NCBI GenBank assembly: GCA_965240325.2
Contig: OZ251242.1
Coordinates: 1,240,001-1,304,000, forward strand
Reading direction: 5' to 3'
DNA: 64,000 nt
Source: Rebecca billardiae RCC1528
Taxonomy: Eukaryota > Protista > Haptophyta
How positions within the stretch are numbered: position 1 is the first letter of the stretch; each line of letters starts with the position of its first letter. Below are positions 32,512 to 45,100 of this stretch, one piece after another. Below the pieces are notes generated by a model that was not told the DNA's origin, did not search any database, and worked only from the letters and a program-made list of their open reading frames with translations. Both the position numbers and the translations under genes were made by a program.

Positions 32512-33514
32512 GCGGCGGCGGTCTTGGCAGCGGTCTCGGCAGCTCGCTCGGCGGCGGCGGCGGTAGCGGCGGCGGCGGCGCGTTCCCTGCCCCGCTGGTG
32601 ATCAAGACGGTGCACTGGGCGCCGGTCCTGCGCGCGCTCGACGGCCCGGTCGCGGGCGCCGATGGCTCGAGCGCACACGGTGGCGCGAACGGCGCGGGCG
32701 GCGGGAGCGGTGGCGGCGGCGGCGGGGGCGGCGGGAGCGGCGGCGCGCGCCAGCTGCTGGCGGACCGGCTGAGCTTCAGCGGCGTGCGCGGCGGCGGTGC
32801 CGGCGGTGCCTGCGGCGCCGCGGCGCACGGCGGCAGCGGCGGCTTCGAGGGCAAGCTGCGAGAAGTGCTCACCATCTGCGCGCTCGCGCTGTCAGACCTA
32901 GCGGCCGAGGCGGGACCGCGCGCGCCTCTGGTGGTGGTGGGGCACGGGCTGGGCGCGGTGGTGGGGGCGGTGTTCCTGCGGGAGCTGCAGCGGGCGGCGG
33001 CGGAGGCGGCGGCGGAGGCGGGCGAGGAGGCGGCGCCGCAGAGCGCCGACGCGGCGGGCTCGCCCAGGCCGGCGGGCGGCGGTGCCGAGCGCGGCTCGCC
33101 GCGGCCACCCAAGCCGGCGGGCGGCGCGGCCGGCGCCGCGGCCGGCGCCGCGCTCGGCGGCGGCGGCGGCGGCGCGGCGCGCGCGGCGTGCGGCTCGGAG
33201 GGCGCGGTCGGGCTGACGCCGCCGCTGCATCCGCTCCGCCGCGCGCGCTCGCGCCTCGCCGGCGCCAGCCCCCTCGAGCAGGGCGAGACCCTCTGCGCCG
33301 TGTGGACACTGGGCGCGCCGATTGCGCCATGGCTGTGCGCGCGGCTCGCGGCGCGGCCGGCGGGCGGCGCCGCGTCGCGCGACGGCTGGCCGAGCCTCGC
33401 GCGCGCGCCGGTGGCGGCGGGCTCGGCGCCGGCGTCGCCAGCGCCCGTGCCCACCCGCCTCGCCCTCCCGCCCGCCATCGCCAGCGCCGCCGCCCCCCTC
33501 ACATCCTCCGCCCG

Positions 33515-33550
<36 letters not shown>

Positions 33551-34142
33551 CGGCCAGCCGCCGCCGCCGCCGCCGCCGCCTGCGCCGGCTAGCGCGGCGG
33601 CGCCGGCGCTGGCGCCGCCGCTGGCGCCGCAGCTGGGCGTGCGAGTCCCCGCGCCCGCCGCGGCCGCGCACGTGCTCGCGTGCGCGCGCGCGGCGCGCGG
33701 CGGGAAGGGCGCGCCGGCGGAGCCAGCGGCCAACGGCGCCACGCCGCCGCCGCCGCCGCCGCCGCCGCCACGCGTGCCGAGCCGCGCCGCGCAGCTCGCC
33801 GCCGGCGCCGCCGGCCTCGCCAAGGCTGGGGGCGGCGCCGGCACGCCGCGGCCGGCGCGCGCGCCCAAGGGGTACTGGCAGAACGTGTACTGCGCGCGCG
33901 ACCCGTTCGGCGCGCCGATGCGCGGCGCGTTCCGGAACGCGGACGACGCGGCGATGCTAGAGGACACGCCCGTGGGCGCGCACGCCTCCGCGGCCGCGCC
34001 GCCGGGCGCGCTCGGCGCCGCCTCGCTGCACTCCGAGTACTTGGGGCGAGGCTGCACGCGCGAGGTGCTCGAGCCAATGGCGGCGCACCTGGCGCGGCTG
34101 TGGGCGGCGGCGAACGGGGTGCCGCCCGCGGGCGCGAGCTGA
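31527..34142 (+). CDS. ArfGAP fused to a degenerate alpha/beta-hydrolase (DDHD/PA-PLA1-like) region
   Basis: ArfGAP zinc finger NTRCADCGAADASWAVVNWGIFVCVRCSGAHRQLGTHVSRVRSTTLDAW; hydrolase-like IKTVHWAP, VVVGHGLG, WTLGAPI, WQNVYCARDPFG, HSEYL. Confidence 0.8.
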
Positions 34143-35197
34143 GCCGAGGGGCCGGGCGCCGCGGGCGCGCGCGCGGGGGCGCACGCGGCACGGGAGACCT
34201 GAACTGTGAACACCGTCACCGGCCGTTGGTCCCACCTTGACTAATTCTATATACATACACATATATATATATATATGATTTATAATAAATCTTGACACAG
34301 GCACGAGGGCGCGGCTCTCCTGATTCGTCTGTCGAAGTACTGCTGATTGGAGACGGGGGATGTGAGCGGCAGACTCAGAGCGCGGCGCGGCCGCGGGCGC
34401 CGCGGCGGACGCGGTGAGGGAGTCGTCGCCGCGGCCCGGATGCTGATGGTCACCACTCGGAGGCAGTGGGCGGTGCCCAGCAGTATAGGGACGATATATA
34501 TATGGCATTACCGCGGTAGCCTATTTGCAGTCGTCGACGGCCTTGGTCATCATGTCGTATAGTTAGTATCATATATATATATATATAGTTGCACGCGTCG
34601 ACGGTCCGAGCCGAGCCGTGTTCGAGTTGATGCCGTGGTGCCGTTAGTGGATGGGGGCGCTCTGGCCGGTCGGTGCGCGGCCTTCGGGTCTTGCCGAGTT
34701 GCGGAAGTATAGTCGCCGGCCTTGCCGTTGAGGAAATCGTCGCCCTGGCCGTTGAGGAAGTCGTCGCCCTGGCCGCTGAGGGTGCCTGGGCTGCCCAACC
34801 GGGCGCGTCTGGCGCGCCAGCGCCGCGCGCGGCTCTACGCCAGCTGACGGCGGCACGGCGGCAGCCAGATCACAGGGGGGGTCGCCGGGGGGCGCGGCGC
34901 GAGCCTGCTTGGCCGGCTTGGCGTCGCCCCCGCCGGCGGAGGAGGGCCCATCGGCATCCTCCTCCGCCGGCGTGGACGGCTCGGTCGCCCGGCGCGCTTG
35001 CCTGACAGTGACTACTGCTTGAGCGCTTACTTTTTTCAGTCATATCAATGTTATATTTATAAATATATATAGATCGAGTTTTGACGAATAATATAAGATA
35101 TCAGCATATTAATCGACGAATTCGAATAAGCAGCAGGCGCGATATATATATATATTATAATATATATATATTATAATATATCTCGTCGCGTATAGCC

Positions 35198-35230
<33 letters not shown>

Positions 35231-35239
35231 GGCAGAGAG

Positions 35240-35291
<52 letters not shown>
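35198..35291. repeat. (GA)n microsatellite
   Basis: Near-continuous GAGAGA run. Confidence 0.95.
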
Positions 35292-35381
35292 CATTTACGC
35301 CACCTATGTTTTAACGTGTGCATGCACATGCACTGCTACAACTCCGGCGACAGCGACTCGGCTGCCGCGCTGCATCCCGGA

Positions 35382-37090
35382 AGGGCCGTACTGAGGGCAC
35401 TCAACCCCCAGCTAGTGCGGAGGTTGGGGGGCGCGGGTCCGAGGGTCTGTTCGATCTATTCAACTACAAGCAGTAGTCGTCGATGATCGGTTCATGAACC
35501 ACTGATGAAAAACATTTGCTGGGAATAAACTCTGCCCTGGCGGGCGGGGGGGTCGGCGGGCCGTGCCAGTGCTGTCGCAATGTATCCTCTGCGGGTTCGC
35601 GTCTTTCCACATTCGCTTGTGGCCGTGGGTGACGGACAGTCGAGTGCAAGGACCAGCAACGCGAGGCCGCCCACACCCACGAGGGAATGTCAGCACGCGG
35701 GGCGGGACGGGTAGCCCGTTGCTCCGCGCGAGCGCGGGTACGCGCTGTATGTGCCGCATCTCGACCGCGATGGCGTAATCGAGCGCCTCGCCGCCGCCGA
35801 AGCCGCCAGAGTAGATCATGTGCATGTCCTCCTGCCGCCAGCCGAGAGCGGTCGTCGCGAGGATGCTTGCCGATGTCCGCTCCAGGCACGATGGGCTCGG
35901 CGCAGGTCGCGTTGACGTCGTACACGGCCGCCACGCTGAGCACGAGCGCGTTGACGTTCACGCGGTCGTGCGCGCGCGCGCGCGCAGCGACAGCGTGTGC
36001 CACTCGCGATTGAGAGTAGGCAAGCGCTGCTCACGCGGGCACACGAATCGCAGCGCATCAGTCACCGGCGTGACGACTTCCGCCTCGTCCCGCAGCGCCT
36101 GCGCCATGGACGAGGATGACGCGGCGATGTTGCATGCTCGACGATTCATCTCTCTGCGGATGGCATCACGGGCTTGTCTGTGTCGCGCTGCGGCGAGGGT
36201 CGCCAACTCGCGAAGAGGCGGTTGCTGCCACGGCGACAGACCCGGGAGGTGCGTCCGCTGCGCGTCGTACGCCGTTAGCGCTGCGCTTCCGTCGCATTGG
36301 TCACCGTCGACGCCATGCGCCATGCAGGCCGGACGTGGGCTCGGCTGAGGGACCGGACCGCGAGCAATGACTGAGTCCGGTGCGCGGATTCCGGCGATCG
36401 AGTTCAGAAGGCCGCGCCAAATCTTGCGTCGCGTGCGATGGCGCTTCCCGCCCGCGAGACACCTCGTGATGAGGGCCTTTCCGCACCGAGCTCGACGCGC
36501 GACGGTGGATCGCGCGAGGTGGTTGTCGTGCGCAGCGCTTAATACTATGGCTCGTGCGAGCGCTCGACGTGCAAGTCGGGCGAGGACCGCCCCAGGTCGC
36601 ACGATCGTGTCGACGCGCCGAGCGTGCCTCCAAACGCGTCGACTTTGGCCCCCGTTCGACCTGCACGCGAGACGACGAGGGCAGCAAACGCGAATCGGGC
36701 GAAAACCCCCCTCGGGAGTCCTCGCGCGATGTCCGCGCCGGCGTTGGATTTGGCGCGCGCCGCCCACGCGCTCCGCGCCATGGCCGACATGGTTTTCGGC
36801 CGAGCGTCCCCAGTGGGAGCTGCGAGGGCGCCCGGTAGTGAGCGAAGCGACCCGGCAGTGAGCGAGGCGATTTTCTTTTCTTTGCGAGGCGATTTTCTTT
36901 TTTCCTTTTCTTTTTCTTATCTTTTTCCCGGGCACTACAAGGGGCGGACCTACGGCCCGCCATACGGCCTTTGCATTTACCCGCCCATTGGCCGACAAAA
37001 CTGAGACCCCCCCCGGCCCCATTTCCCATCAACCTCCGAGGCCGAGCCTCTCGCATTCAAGGGCGGGTTGAGTGCCCTGCTTACGGCCCT
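35382..37090. mobile_element. Degenerate TIR element (hAT-like) with decayed internal coding remnants
   Basis: AGGGCCGTACTGAGGGCACTCAACCC (35382) versus GGGTTGAGTGCCCTGCTTACGGCCCT (ends 37090); no clear TSD. Confidence 0.5.
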
Positions 37091-37482
37091 GCTCAGTGGC
37101 TGCATGATGCTTGACTGATGCTCGGATGTCATCAGCAGCACGCAGCGCATTATATGCCGCGATCGATCCGGTCCGTACTAGCTCTGATTATTCCGACCGG
37201 GTGGCCGTGGCGTCACTCACTGGCACTCTCGGCGGCGCGGGGTAGTAGCGCAGCCTAGTACTCTCCCACCTGCATTACAGTCCGGCGGCGGACGAATTAT
37301 TCGATCGTATTAGTAGTAGTTACTACGCGGTATTTAGCCGCCTCCGATTTACACGGGTCCGAGTGGCGGGAGTCTGCGGGCGGGCGGGGAGTTCGGGCGG
37401 CCGCACTCGTGGCTCCGTCCGGATCGCAGGGAAACTATGGCGGGTAGCGCACTCCGATGCAGCGCCTCGAATCGACGCGACA

Positions 37483-38334
37483 CTAGGCAGTCTTGCCGTC
37501 GCTCATCGAGCCCCCGGGCGCGGTAAAGCTCGCACCAGGGCGCGTGTACGTCGCCGGCAGATGCATAAACTTGCTGTACACGCGGATGTCGACAGCAACC
37601 GGTCCACGAAAGTAGTAGCACTCTGGTGCCGCAATCTGGTCAATGTCCTTCTTGTACTTGTGCGCGGTGCCCTTGGAGAGGTGGAAGCGGAGCTCGTTCG
37701 TGTCCGTGAACACCTCGTGAATGATCAGTGCGTCCTCGCCCACCACCTGGTACACCTCGAACCGGACCAAGCCCTTCTCCATTGAGTGGGCGTCAGTGCC
37801 GACGCGCTGCCACCAGTACCGCAGCTCTGGAAGGTTGCTCGTGCTGCCGGGCTTGCAGGTCCACTTGGCAGTCACGTTGATCGCCGTTGCCGGATCAGGG
37901 CGACGGTAGTCCTCCTTTACGTACCCGTACAAGAACGTACCAAAGCTTACGGACGGGATCTTAGCAGCGAGGGCAGAGCGCACGCTGGCAGCGATATCGA
38001 TGCCGCGCACGAGGTGCAGCTCGGGCCGAGCGTGCTCGAGCGCGGGGGGCAAGGCGGTGCTCACGTACGCCTCAAGAGCCTTGGCATCCTTGAAGACCTG
38101 GTGCACCAGCGACGCGTCCTGCCCATTCGCAGGGACCACAGAGCCCGAGAGCGCTCCCGTCCCGCCCGGTGTGGGAAGCCCTTTGACCAGGGCGGAGGAG
38201 ACTCCCGGGCCGAAGAAGCTCGCCGAGAAGCCGCCGGGCTTCGTCGGCGCCCACTTGCCCGTCAGTGTGATCTCACCTCCCAGCCGCGAGGGCGCGGCGA
38301 GAAAGTCGGGGAGCGGCGTGTCGAACTGACCCAT
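37483..38334 (-). CDS. Intronless tandem ABM/Dabb-like (dimeric alpha-beta barrel) protein
   Basis: Internal duplication: ITLTGKWAPTKPG...DASLVHQVFKDAKALEAY and INVTAKWTCKPG...EKGLVRFEVY...DALIIHEVFTDTNELRFH; normal amino-acid composition. Confidence 0.7.
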   Translation of the reverse strand: MGQFDTPLPDFLAAPSRLGGEITLTGKWAPTKPGGFSASFFGPGVSSALVKGLPTPGGTGALSGSVVPANGQDASLVHQVFKDAKALEAYVSTALPPALEHARPELHLVRGIDIAASVRSALAAKIPSVSFGTFLYGYVKEDYRRPDPATAINVTAKWTCKPGSTSNLPELRYWWQRVGTDAHSMEKGLVRFEVYQVVGEDALIIHEVFTDTNELRFHLSKGTAHKYKKDIDQIAAPECYYFRGPVAVDIRVYSKFMHLPATYTRPGASFTAPGGSMSDGKTA

Positions 38335-38714
38335 GCCGGCGGCGTCGGCTCCCGCGCTCCACCGACCAAACTTGGTGTTCCCGCGCGCTCCGACCGACCA
38401 AACTTGGTACTACTACCTGTAGTTTTACTACCTTACCGTAGTAGTACTAGATACGTAACTGTAAAGTGTACCTACCAATTCTATGATTCAAACCGTAAAA
38501 TGAGGGGGGATATCGCTTGGCCGGAAGGTGGCACGGTCGCTCGGAAGTCGAAACAGCCTCGGCGTCGGCGCGTCGCGTTCGCTCGAGGCTTGGAGGCCAG
38601 CGCGAGCTGGCGGGGGCTCGAGCGCGCCAGAAAATCGACGTCGCGGAGATGAAATGGCTGGGTCTCAATCAGCCAGCGCGCCGCCGTCGATCGAGAGTTG
38701 CAGCCCTCTGCGGC

Positions 38715-39069
38715 TGCAACTCTCGACGGCGGCGCGCCAATCCCGGTATGAGTCATTGCTTGACTGGATCTGCGCCCCGGGCGTCGCCTGCCACTGTTTA
38801 CGGCCGTCCACCAGCCCTACAGTCCGAGGCTCAGTAGGCGCGCGCGCTTGATGCGTGCCGTGCCCTGCGCGGTTGTCACCTGGCTGCCTGCCCCTGCTGC
38901 TGCAAATCTCGACGGCGGCACGCCGCAATCCATATTGCTTGCTTGACTGGATCTGCGCACCGGACGTGGCCTGCCACTGCCTTTACGTCCGTCCACCGGT
39001 CCTACAGTCCGAGGCCCAGCAGGCGCGCGCGCTTGCTGCGTGCCCTGCGCAGTTGTCACAGCAGGCTGC
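38715..39069. repeat. Two diverged direct repeats with ~185-bp period
   Basis: TGCAA.TCTCGACGGCGGC...TTGACTGGATCTGCGC...CTACAGTCCGAGGC...GTTGTCAC at ~38715 and ~38901. Confidence 0.75.
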
Positions 39070-39287
39070 ACCCGCCCCAGCGTCCGCAGCACTCGGGAAC
39101 GTGGCACCGCAGCTGCCTTGATGACCAGCTGTAGCACGCTGGGGCGGAGCGGCTCCCGACGAGGCTGACGACGAAACCCGCCATCTTCACTCAGCATGGC
39201 GCCCCGGAAATCAGTAATCGGCCTTGATTACTCGCCCATTATCCGTCAGCAGGAGCGCGCCCGACCTCCGACCTCCGATCGCGCGCG

Positions 39288-41593
39288 ATGGTGATGGTCG
39301 GCTTCTCGGTGCTCGCCGTGGCGCTCGCGCACGTGAGCGGCCTGAGCCGCGTGCCCGCGTCGCAGCTGCGCGTGCGCGGCGGCGCGCGGCCGCTCATGTC
39401 CGACGCGCCGCTGCCGCCGCCGCCGCCGCCGCCGGCCGTGCCGTACGCGGAGGGCACCTCGGCAGAGGGCCTCAAGACCATCACGCTCACGCACCCGGCG
39501 AACGGCGACTCGGCGGTGATCTACACGTACGGCGCGTGCGTGACGAGCTACAAGCACGACGGCATCGAGACGCTCAAGATCCGCCCCGACGCCAAGCTCG
39601 ACGGCTCCAAGCCCATCTCGGGCGGCATTCCGTTCTGCTTCCCGCAGTTTGGGCCGGGTGAGATCCAGCAGCACGGCTTTGCGCGCAACCTCGAGTGGGA
39701 GGTGCTGCCGCAGCCGGGCGGCGCGGACCCCGCGGTGGCGCTGCGCCTGGTCGACTCGGACGCCACGCGCGCCATGTGGCCCCACGCCTTCGAGGCCACC
39801 TACACCGTCACCCTCACCCCCGACTCGTGAGCGCGCGCGCGAGCGCAGCGCTCGAGCGGTGGCGCCGCGCCGCGCCGCGCCGCGCGCGGCGCGTGCGCGC
39901 GCGAGCGGGGCTGCAACGCGCGCGCGCGCGTGCGCGGAGGGACGGGTGGGTGGGTATGGCGTGCGCGGTGCGGCGTGCGCGGGGGCGACGCTCGAGCGCG
40001 GCGCTCCGCACGCGAGAGCGACTCGGCAGCGCTCACCCGCGCCCCAACGCGGCTGCGGCCGCCGCTGCCGGCGCGGCGCCCGCCGCTTGGCGTGCGGCCG
40101 CGTGGCCCCCTGCGCGCAGGCTGCAGACCAGCTTCAAGGTGCTCAACTCGGGCGACGCGCCCTTCTCCTTCACGGGCGCGCTGCACTCGTACTTTGACGT
40201 CTCCGCCATCGCAAACCTCAAGATCAAGGCACGCCCGCGCTGCACGCCCGCGCCAGGCGCCAGGCACCATGCGCGCTGCGCGCTGCGCGCTGCGCCGTGT
40301 GCGCGGGCACAGCACAGCGCGCACGGCGCGTGCGTGCAGCGCGCGCGCGCGCACACGGCGCATGCGCCGCACGGCCCAACGGGCACGCGAGCTCGTGCGA
40401 TCGCGAGTCGCCGCCGCGGGCACGTGGCAGCCCACGGCTGCCGCTTGGCGCACACACGCACACGCGCACACGCACACACGCACACACGCACACGCGCACA
40501 CACACACGCACACACGCACACGCGCATGCGCACGCGCGCTCATGCGTGCGTGCGCGTGTGTGTGCCATGCTCTGCGCGCGCGCACCGCGCTGCCCGCCTT
40601 GTGCGCGGTGTACCGCCTGCCGCGCCGCGCCGCTGCGAGCGCAGGGGAACTTCAAGGGGGCGCAGTACTTGGACAAGACGGCGAGCCCGCCTGCTGAGCG
40701 CACCGCGCCCGCGGACGAGATCACAATCTCCAAGGTGCGCCCCGCGCGGAGATTGCGATCTCGTCGGCCGCGGTTTGACGGGCGGGCGGGAGGCTGGGCG
40801 CGGTGACAGCTGCTCGCGCCCGAGGCGCGCCCGATGCGCTCCGCGTGGCGCCCGTGTGCGCACCTCCCCTCTCCCCCCCTCGCCCCTCCCCGCCACCGCC
40901 GCCGTGCGCCGCGGCCCCGCGGCCCCGCCACGCCCTGCGCGCCCGCACCTCACGGCCGCGCCCCCGCGTGTCTGCGCCCCCTTCCCCCCCCTGCCTCTCC
41001 CTGCGGGGCCTTCCTGTGCGCGTGCGCGCGTGTGCGCGGCGCGTGTGCGCGCAGGAGACGGACTCGGTGTACAAGGGCGTGTCCGGCTGCGTCGTGCTGC
41101 AGGACTCGGGCAAGGGCACCGCGCTGAGCGTGAGCTGCAAGCAGGGCTGGCGCGACACCGTCGTGTGGAACCCCTACGGGGACGAGGGTGAGTAATGCGG
41201 GTATATGGGGGTATATGCGGGTATATGCGGGTATATGCGGGTACGGGGAGGGCGAGGGGCGCGTGCGGAAGCCGGGCGGGGACGAGGGTGCGGGGCAGCC
41301 CCCGCGCGTGCGTGCGCGCGCGTGGCGGTGCAGCGCGCAGGCCGCCCCCGCCTCAGCTCACCCTTCCACTCTGCGCGCGCGCTCTCGACGCGCGACGCGC
41401 CATGTGTGCGCGCGTGTGTGTGCGCGTGTGTGTGTGCTCTCACTGTGCGCTGTGCGCGCGTGCGCGCGCGCGTGCAGGCATGGGGTACAACTCGTTTGTG
41501 TGCGCGGAGGCGGCGGTGGCGGCCTTCCCCTTCACGCTGCAGCCGGGCGCCGAGTGGACCGGGCTGATGGACCTCGAGTGCAACAAGCTCTGA
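39288..41593 (+). CDS. Plastid-targeted glucose-6-phosphate 1-epimerase (aldose 1-epimerase family); 5 exons: 39288-39826, 40120-40228, 40645-40734, 41055-41187, 41478-41593
   Basis: KPISGGIPFCFPQFG, QHGFARN, FTGALHSYF, DTVVWNP, FVCAE; exon phases reconcile, with one GC-AG intron. Confidence 0.9.
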
Positions 41594-42123
41594 GTGCTGG
41601 GCGACCGCGCCTGCAGGGCGCGCCGCGAACTACGAGCCATCTGGCGAATGGCATCGTCGTCCAAGGCGCGCACGGCTTGTGCCATCGTGGCCGCCACCAC
41701 CGCACGGAGTGGGCCCCGGGTCGCACCGCCAACGGCCGGCGCGGCCGTGCGGCGTGCATCCGCGCCCGCTGTGGTCGTGGCATTGCAATGAGGAGATGCT
41801 GAGCCGTGTCGCTGTCCTCGTCGCGCTGCGTATGGCGACTGCGACCTCTGCGCCGTTCAGCCCACCGTTCTGCGCACGCTGATGTAGAATTACCAGTAGC
41901 AGCTAACTACTGACGGTGACGCGATTTAGGGCGGGCCGGTTGGGCCCGTTGGGGCGCCATCGTGGATTCGTGGAAGAACTGCTGACGAGCTTGCCGCGTC
42001 GTTCGCCTCGAGCGCGCCAGCGAGGCGAGGACCCAGCACGCACGTCCACGGCTCGCCCCGCCGCTCGCGCCGAGCCGCGTCGACGAACGCCGGGGGGCAC
42101 CTCGCGCGCGGCGCTGCGCGCCC

Positions 42124-45100
42124 ATGGGCGTGCCCGCGCTCTTCAAGTGGCTCCGCCGCCGCTTCCCGCGCGCGATCACGGACGCCGTGGAGGAGGAGGC
42201 GTCGGCGTGCGAGCGTGACCCGGGCGCGTTCGACTGGAGCGGCCCCAACCCGCTGGGGTGCGAGGTGGACTGCCTGTACCTGGACATGAACGGCGTGCTG
42301 CACGCGTGCACGCACCCGCCCGACCGCCCCGCGCCGCCCTCGCTCCCCGCCATGCTCGACGAGATCTGCGCGTACGTCGACAGGCTGTGCGCGCTCGCGC
42401 GGCCGCGCGCGCTGCTCGTGCTCGCGGTCGACGGCGTCGCGCCGCGCGCGAAGATGAACCAGCAGCGCGCGCGGCGGTTCATGGCGGCGCGCGAGGCGGC
42501 GGTGAGCGACCGCGCGCGCCACGCCGCCGCCGACGAGTGGCGCGCGCGCGGCTTCGACCCGAGCGCGCACGCGGCCGGCGGCGGCGCCGCGCCGCCCGCC
42601 GCCGACGCGGACGCCGCCGACGCCGCCGACGCCGACGCGGCCGAGTCGGCGTCGGGCATGCGGGGCGGCGTGTTCGACCACACGTGCATCACCCCCGGCA
42701 CGGCCTTCATGGCCGCCGCCTCCGCGCGGCTGCACGCCCACGTCCTCGAGCGCCTCGCCGCCCACCCCGCGTGGGCGTCGCTTGCTGTCGTCTTCTCCGA
42801 CGCGGCCGAGCCGGGCGAGGGCGAGCACAAGATCCAGGCGCTGGTGAGGGCGGCGCGCGCGTGCGGGGCGTACGGGCCGCGGCTGACGCACGCCGTGTAC
42901 GGGCTCGACGCCGACCTGCTGCTGCTCGGCCTGTGCCTGCACGAGCCCCGCTGGCTGATCCTCCGCGAGACTGTGGAAAGTGCGCAGCCGGCCGGGGCGG
43001 GCTCGAGCGTGGCCGGGGGCGGGGCGCGGGGCAGGGGCGCGGCGCGCGGGCCTGTGGCGCGGTGCCCGCTGTGCAGGCGCGAGGGGCACGCCGCCGCGTC
43101 GTGCGAGCTCGCGCTCCTCGCCGCCGCGCCCGGCGCCACGCGCGCCGCCGCCGCGCCGATGCCGCTGATAGCGCACCGGCCGTTCACGTGGGTAAATCTG
43201 GGTGTGCTGCGCGAGTACTTGGCGCACCTGCTCGGGCCCGGCGGGTGCGCGCTGCCGCCGCCGCCGGCGGCGGCGGCTGCGGCGGGCGCGCAGCAGCAGC
43301 CCGGGCGCGCGCGCGCGGCCGAGGGCGGGCGTGGGCGGGGCCCCGCGGGCGCCGCTCCTGCGCTGCCCGCCGCCGAGGCGCCGCCGCCGCGCGGCGCGCC
43401 CCCGAGCCGCGCCGACCCCTCGCCGCCGCCGAGGCGCCATCTGGAGCCGGCGAGATTCGATCTCGAGATCGCGATCGACGACCTGGTGCTGCTCTCCTTC
43501 CTCGCCGGGAACGACTTCTTGCCGCACCTGCCGGGGCTCGAGGTGCACGCGGGCGCTATGGACGCGCTGCTGGGCGCGTACACGAGTGCGCGCGCGCGCG
43601 CGCCGGCGGGTCTCGCGCCGCTCGTCCGGCGCGGCGCGGTGCAGCGCGCGCCGCTGCTCTGCGTGCTGCGCGCGCTCGCGGAGGCGGAGGAGCGCGCGCA
43701 CGCGCGCGCGAGGGCGCGCGCGCTGCGCGCGGACGAGGCGCGGAGGCAGCGCAGGCGCGCGAGGCCGGTGGGCGGCGCGAGGCACACCGCCAGTGCACTC
43801 CCAGCGTGCGGCGATGGCGCTGCCGGCAGCTTGGAGGCGGAGGCGGAGGCGGCGGAGGCGGAGGGTGGCTCGGCCGCTGCGTTTGAGGCGCTGGTGAGGG
43901 CGCACACGGCCGCACTGCTCGCTGCGGAGGGGGCGGAGGCGGAGGAGGAGGAGGGCGGCGGCGGCGCCGCCGCCGCTGCAGCGCCGGCGGCGGCGGCAAG
44001 CGCGCCCGCCGCCGCGGCCCCCGCCCCGCCGCTCGCCGCCACCGCCGCCCTGGACTACCGCGCGTGCTGGTACGCGGAGCGGCTGGGCGGCGCGTTCGCA
44101 CGCACGGCGGGCGCGGTGCGCGGCCTCTGCCGCGACTACCTGCGCGGCCTGCAGTGGGTGGCGACCTACTACTGGAGAGGCTGCGGCGCGTGGCGCTTCG
44201 GCTTTGAGCACCACTACGCGCCTTTCGCCTCCGACCTGGTCGCCGCCCTCGAGGCGCTGGACGATGCCGCGTTCGGCGCGCTGCTGGCGCCCACCGCCGC
44301 GGAGCGCGCGCCGCCGCTGCGCCCGCTGCGGCAGCTGATGGCGGGTGCGCGCCGCGCGCCGCCGCCCAGCGGCTGCCCTGCCCTGCCGCAGCCGGAGCGT
44401 GCGGCCGCGAGCGCCCGCCGCTTCGCCGTGCGCGCGCCCAGCCCCCCGCCGCCCCTCGGCAAGAGCCTCCCCGCCCCTGCGCGCGCCCTGCGCCCTCCGC
44501 GCGCGCGCTCGCTCACCCTAACCCCGAGCCCTAACCCTCCGCGCGTTCGCTCTCCGCAGTGCTGCCCCCGGCGAGCGCGCACTGCGTGCCGCCGCCGTAC
44601 CGCCCGCTGATGCTGGACGCCGCGTCGCCGCTGGCGCGCTTCTACCCGCGCGCGTTCAAGCTCGACCTGCGCGGGTGCACCGAGGCGTGGCAGGGGGTGG
44701 CGCTGCTCCCCTTCATCCAGCTCGACGCGCTGGAGGCCGCGCTCGACACACTCGACGCCTCCGCGCCGCGCCGGCCGCCTGACGGCCCCGGAGCACCCCG
44801 GCGCGAGCGCGGCGCGCTCAGCGCAGCCGAGCGCGCGCGCGACCAGCCGGCGCCTGCGCGGCTGTACGCGCGCGCGCAGAGCGAGCTCGGCGGGCGGATC
44901 CGCGCGGCGTGCGCCGCGGGCGCGGCGGGCGCCCGGCTGCGCTGCGACGCCGGCGTGCCCGTCGCCGGCCGCGTCTGGAACGGGCGCGCCGCGCACCCGC
45001 CCGCGCGCGCGGGTGCGCCTGCCGCGGCGCGCCCGTCCTCAGCCGTGCTCGTGGCGGATCTGCAGGTGGACGCACCGGCGGCGGACGCGCTGCGCTTCGG

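Noticed and set aside
34700-34790. 24-bp direct repeats (GQGDDFLN on the minus strand)
   Set aside because: Short ORF with no supporting coding context
41195-41243. 10-bp tandem repeat (ATGCGGGTAT)n
   Set aside because: Ordinary intronic minisatellite
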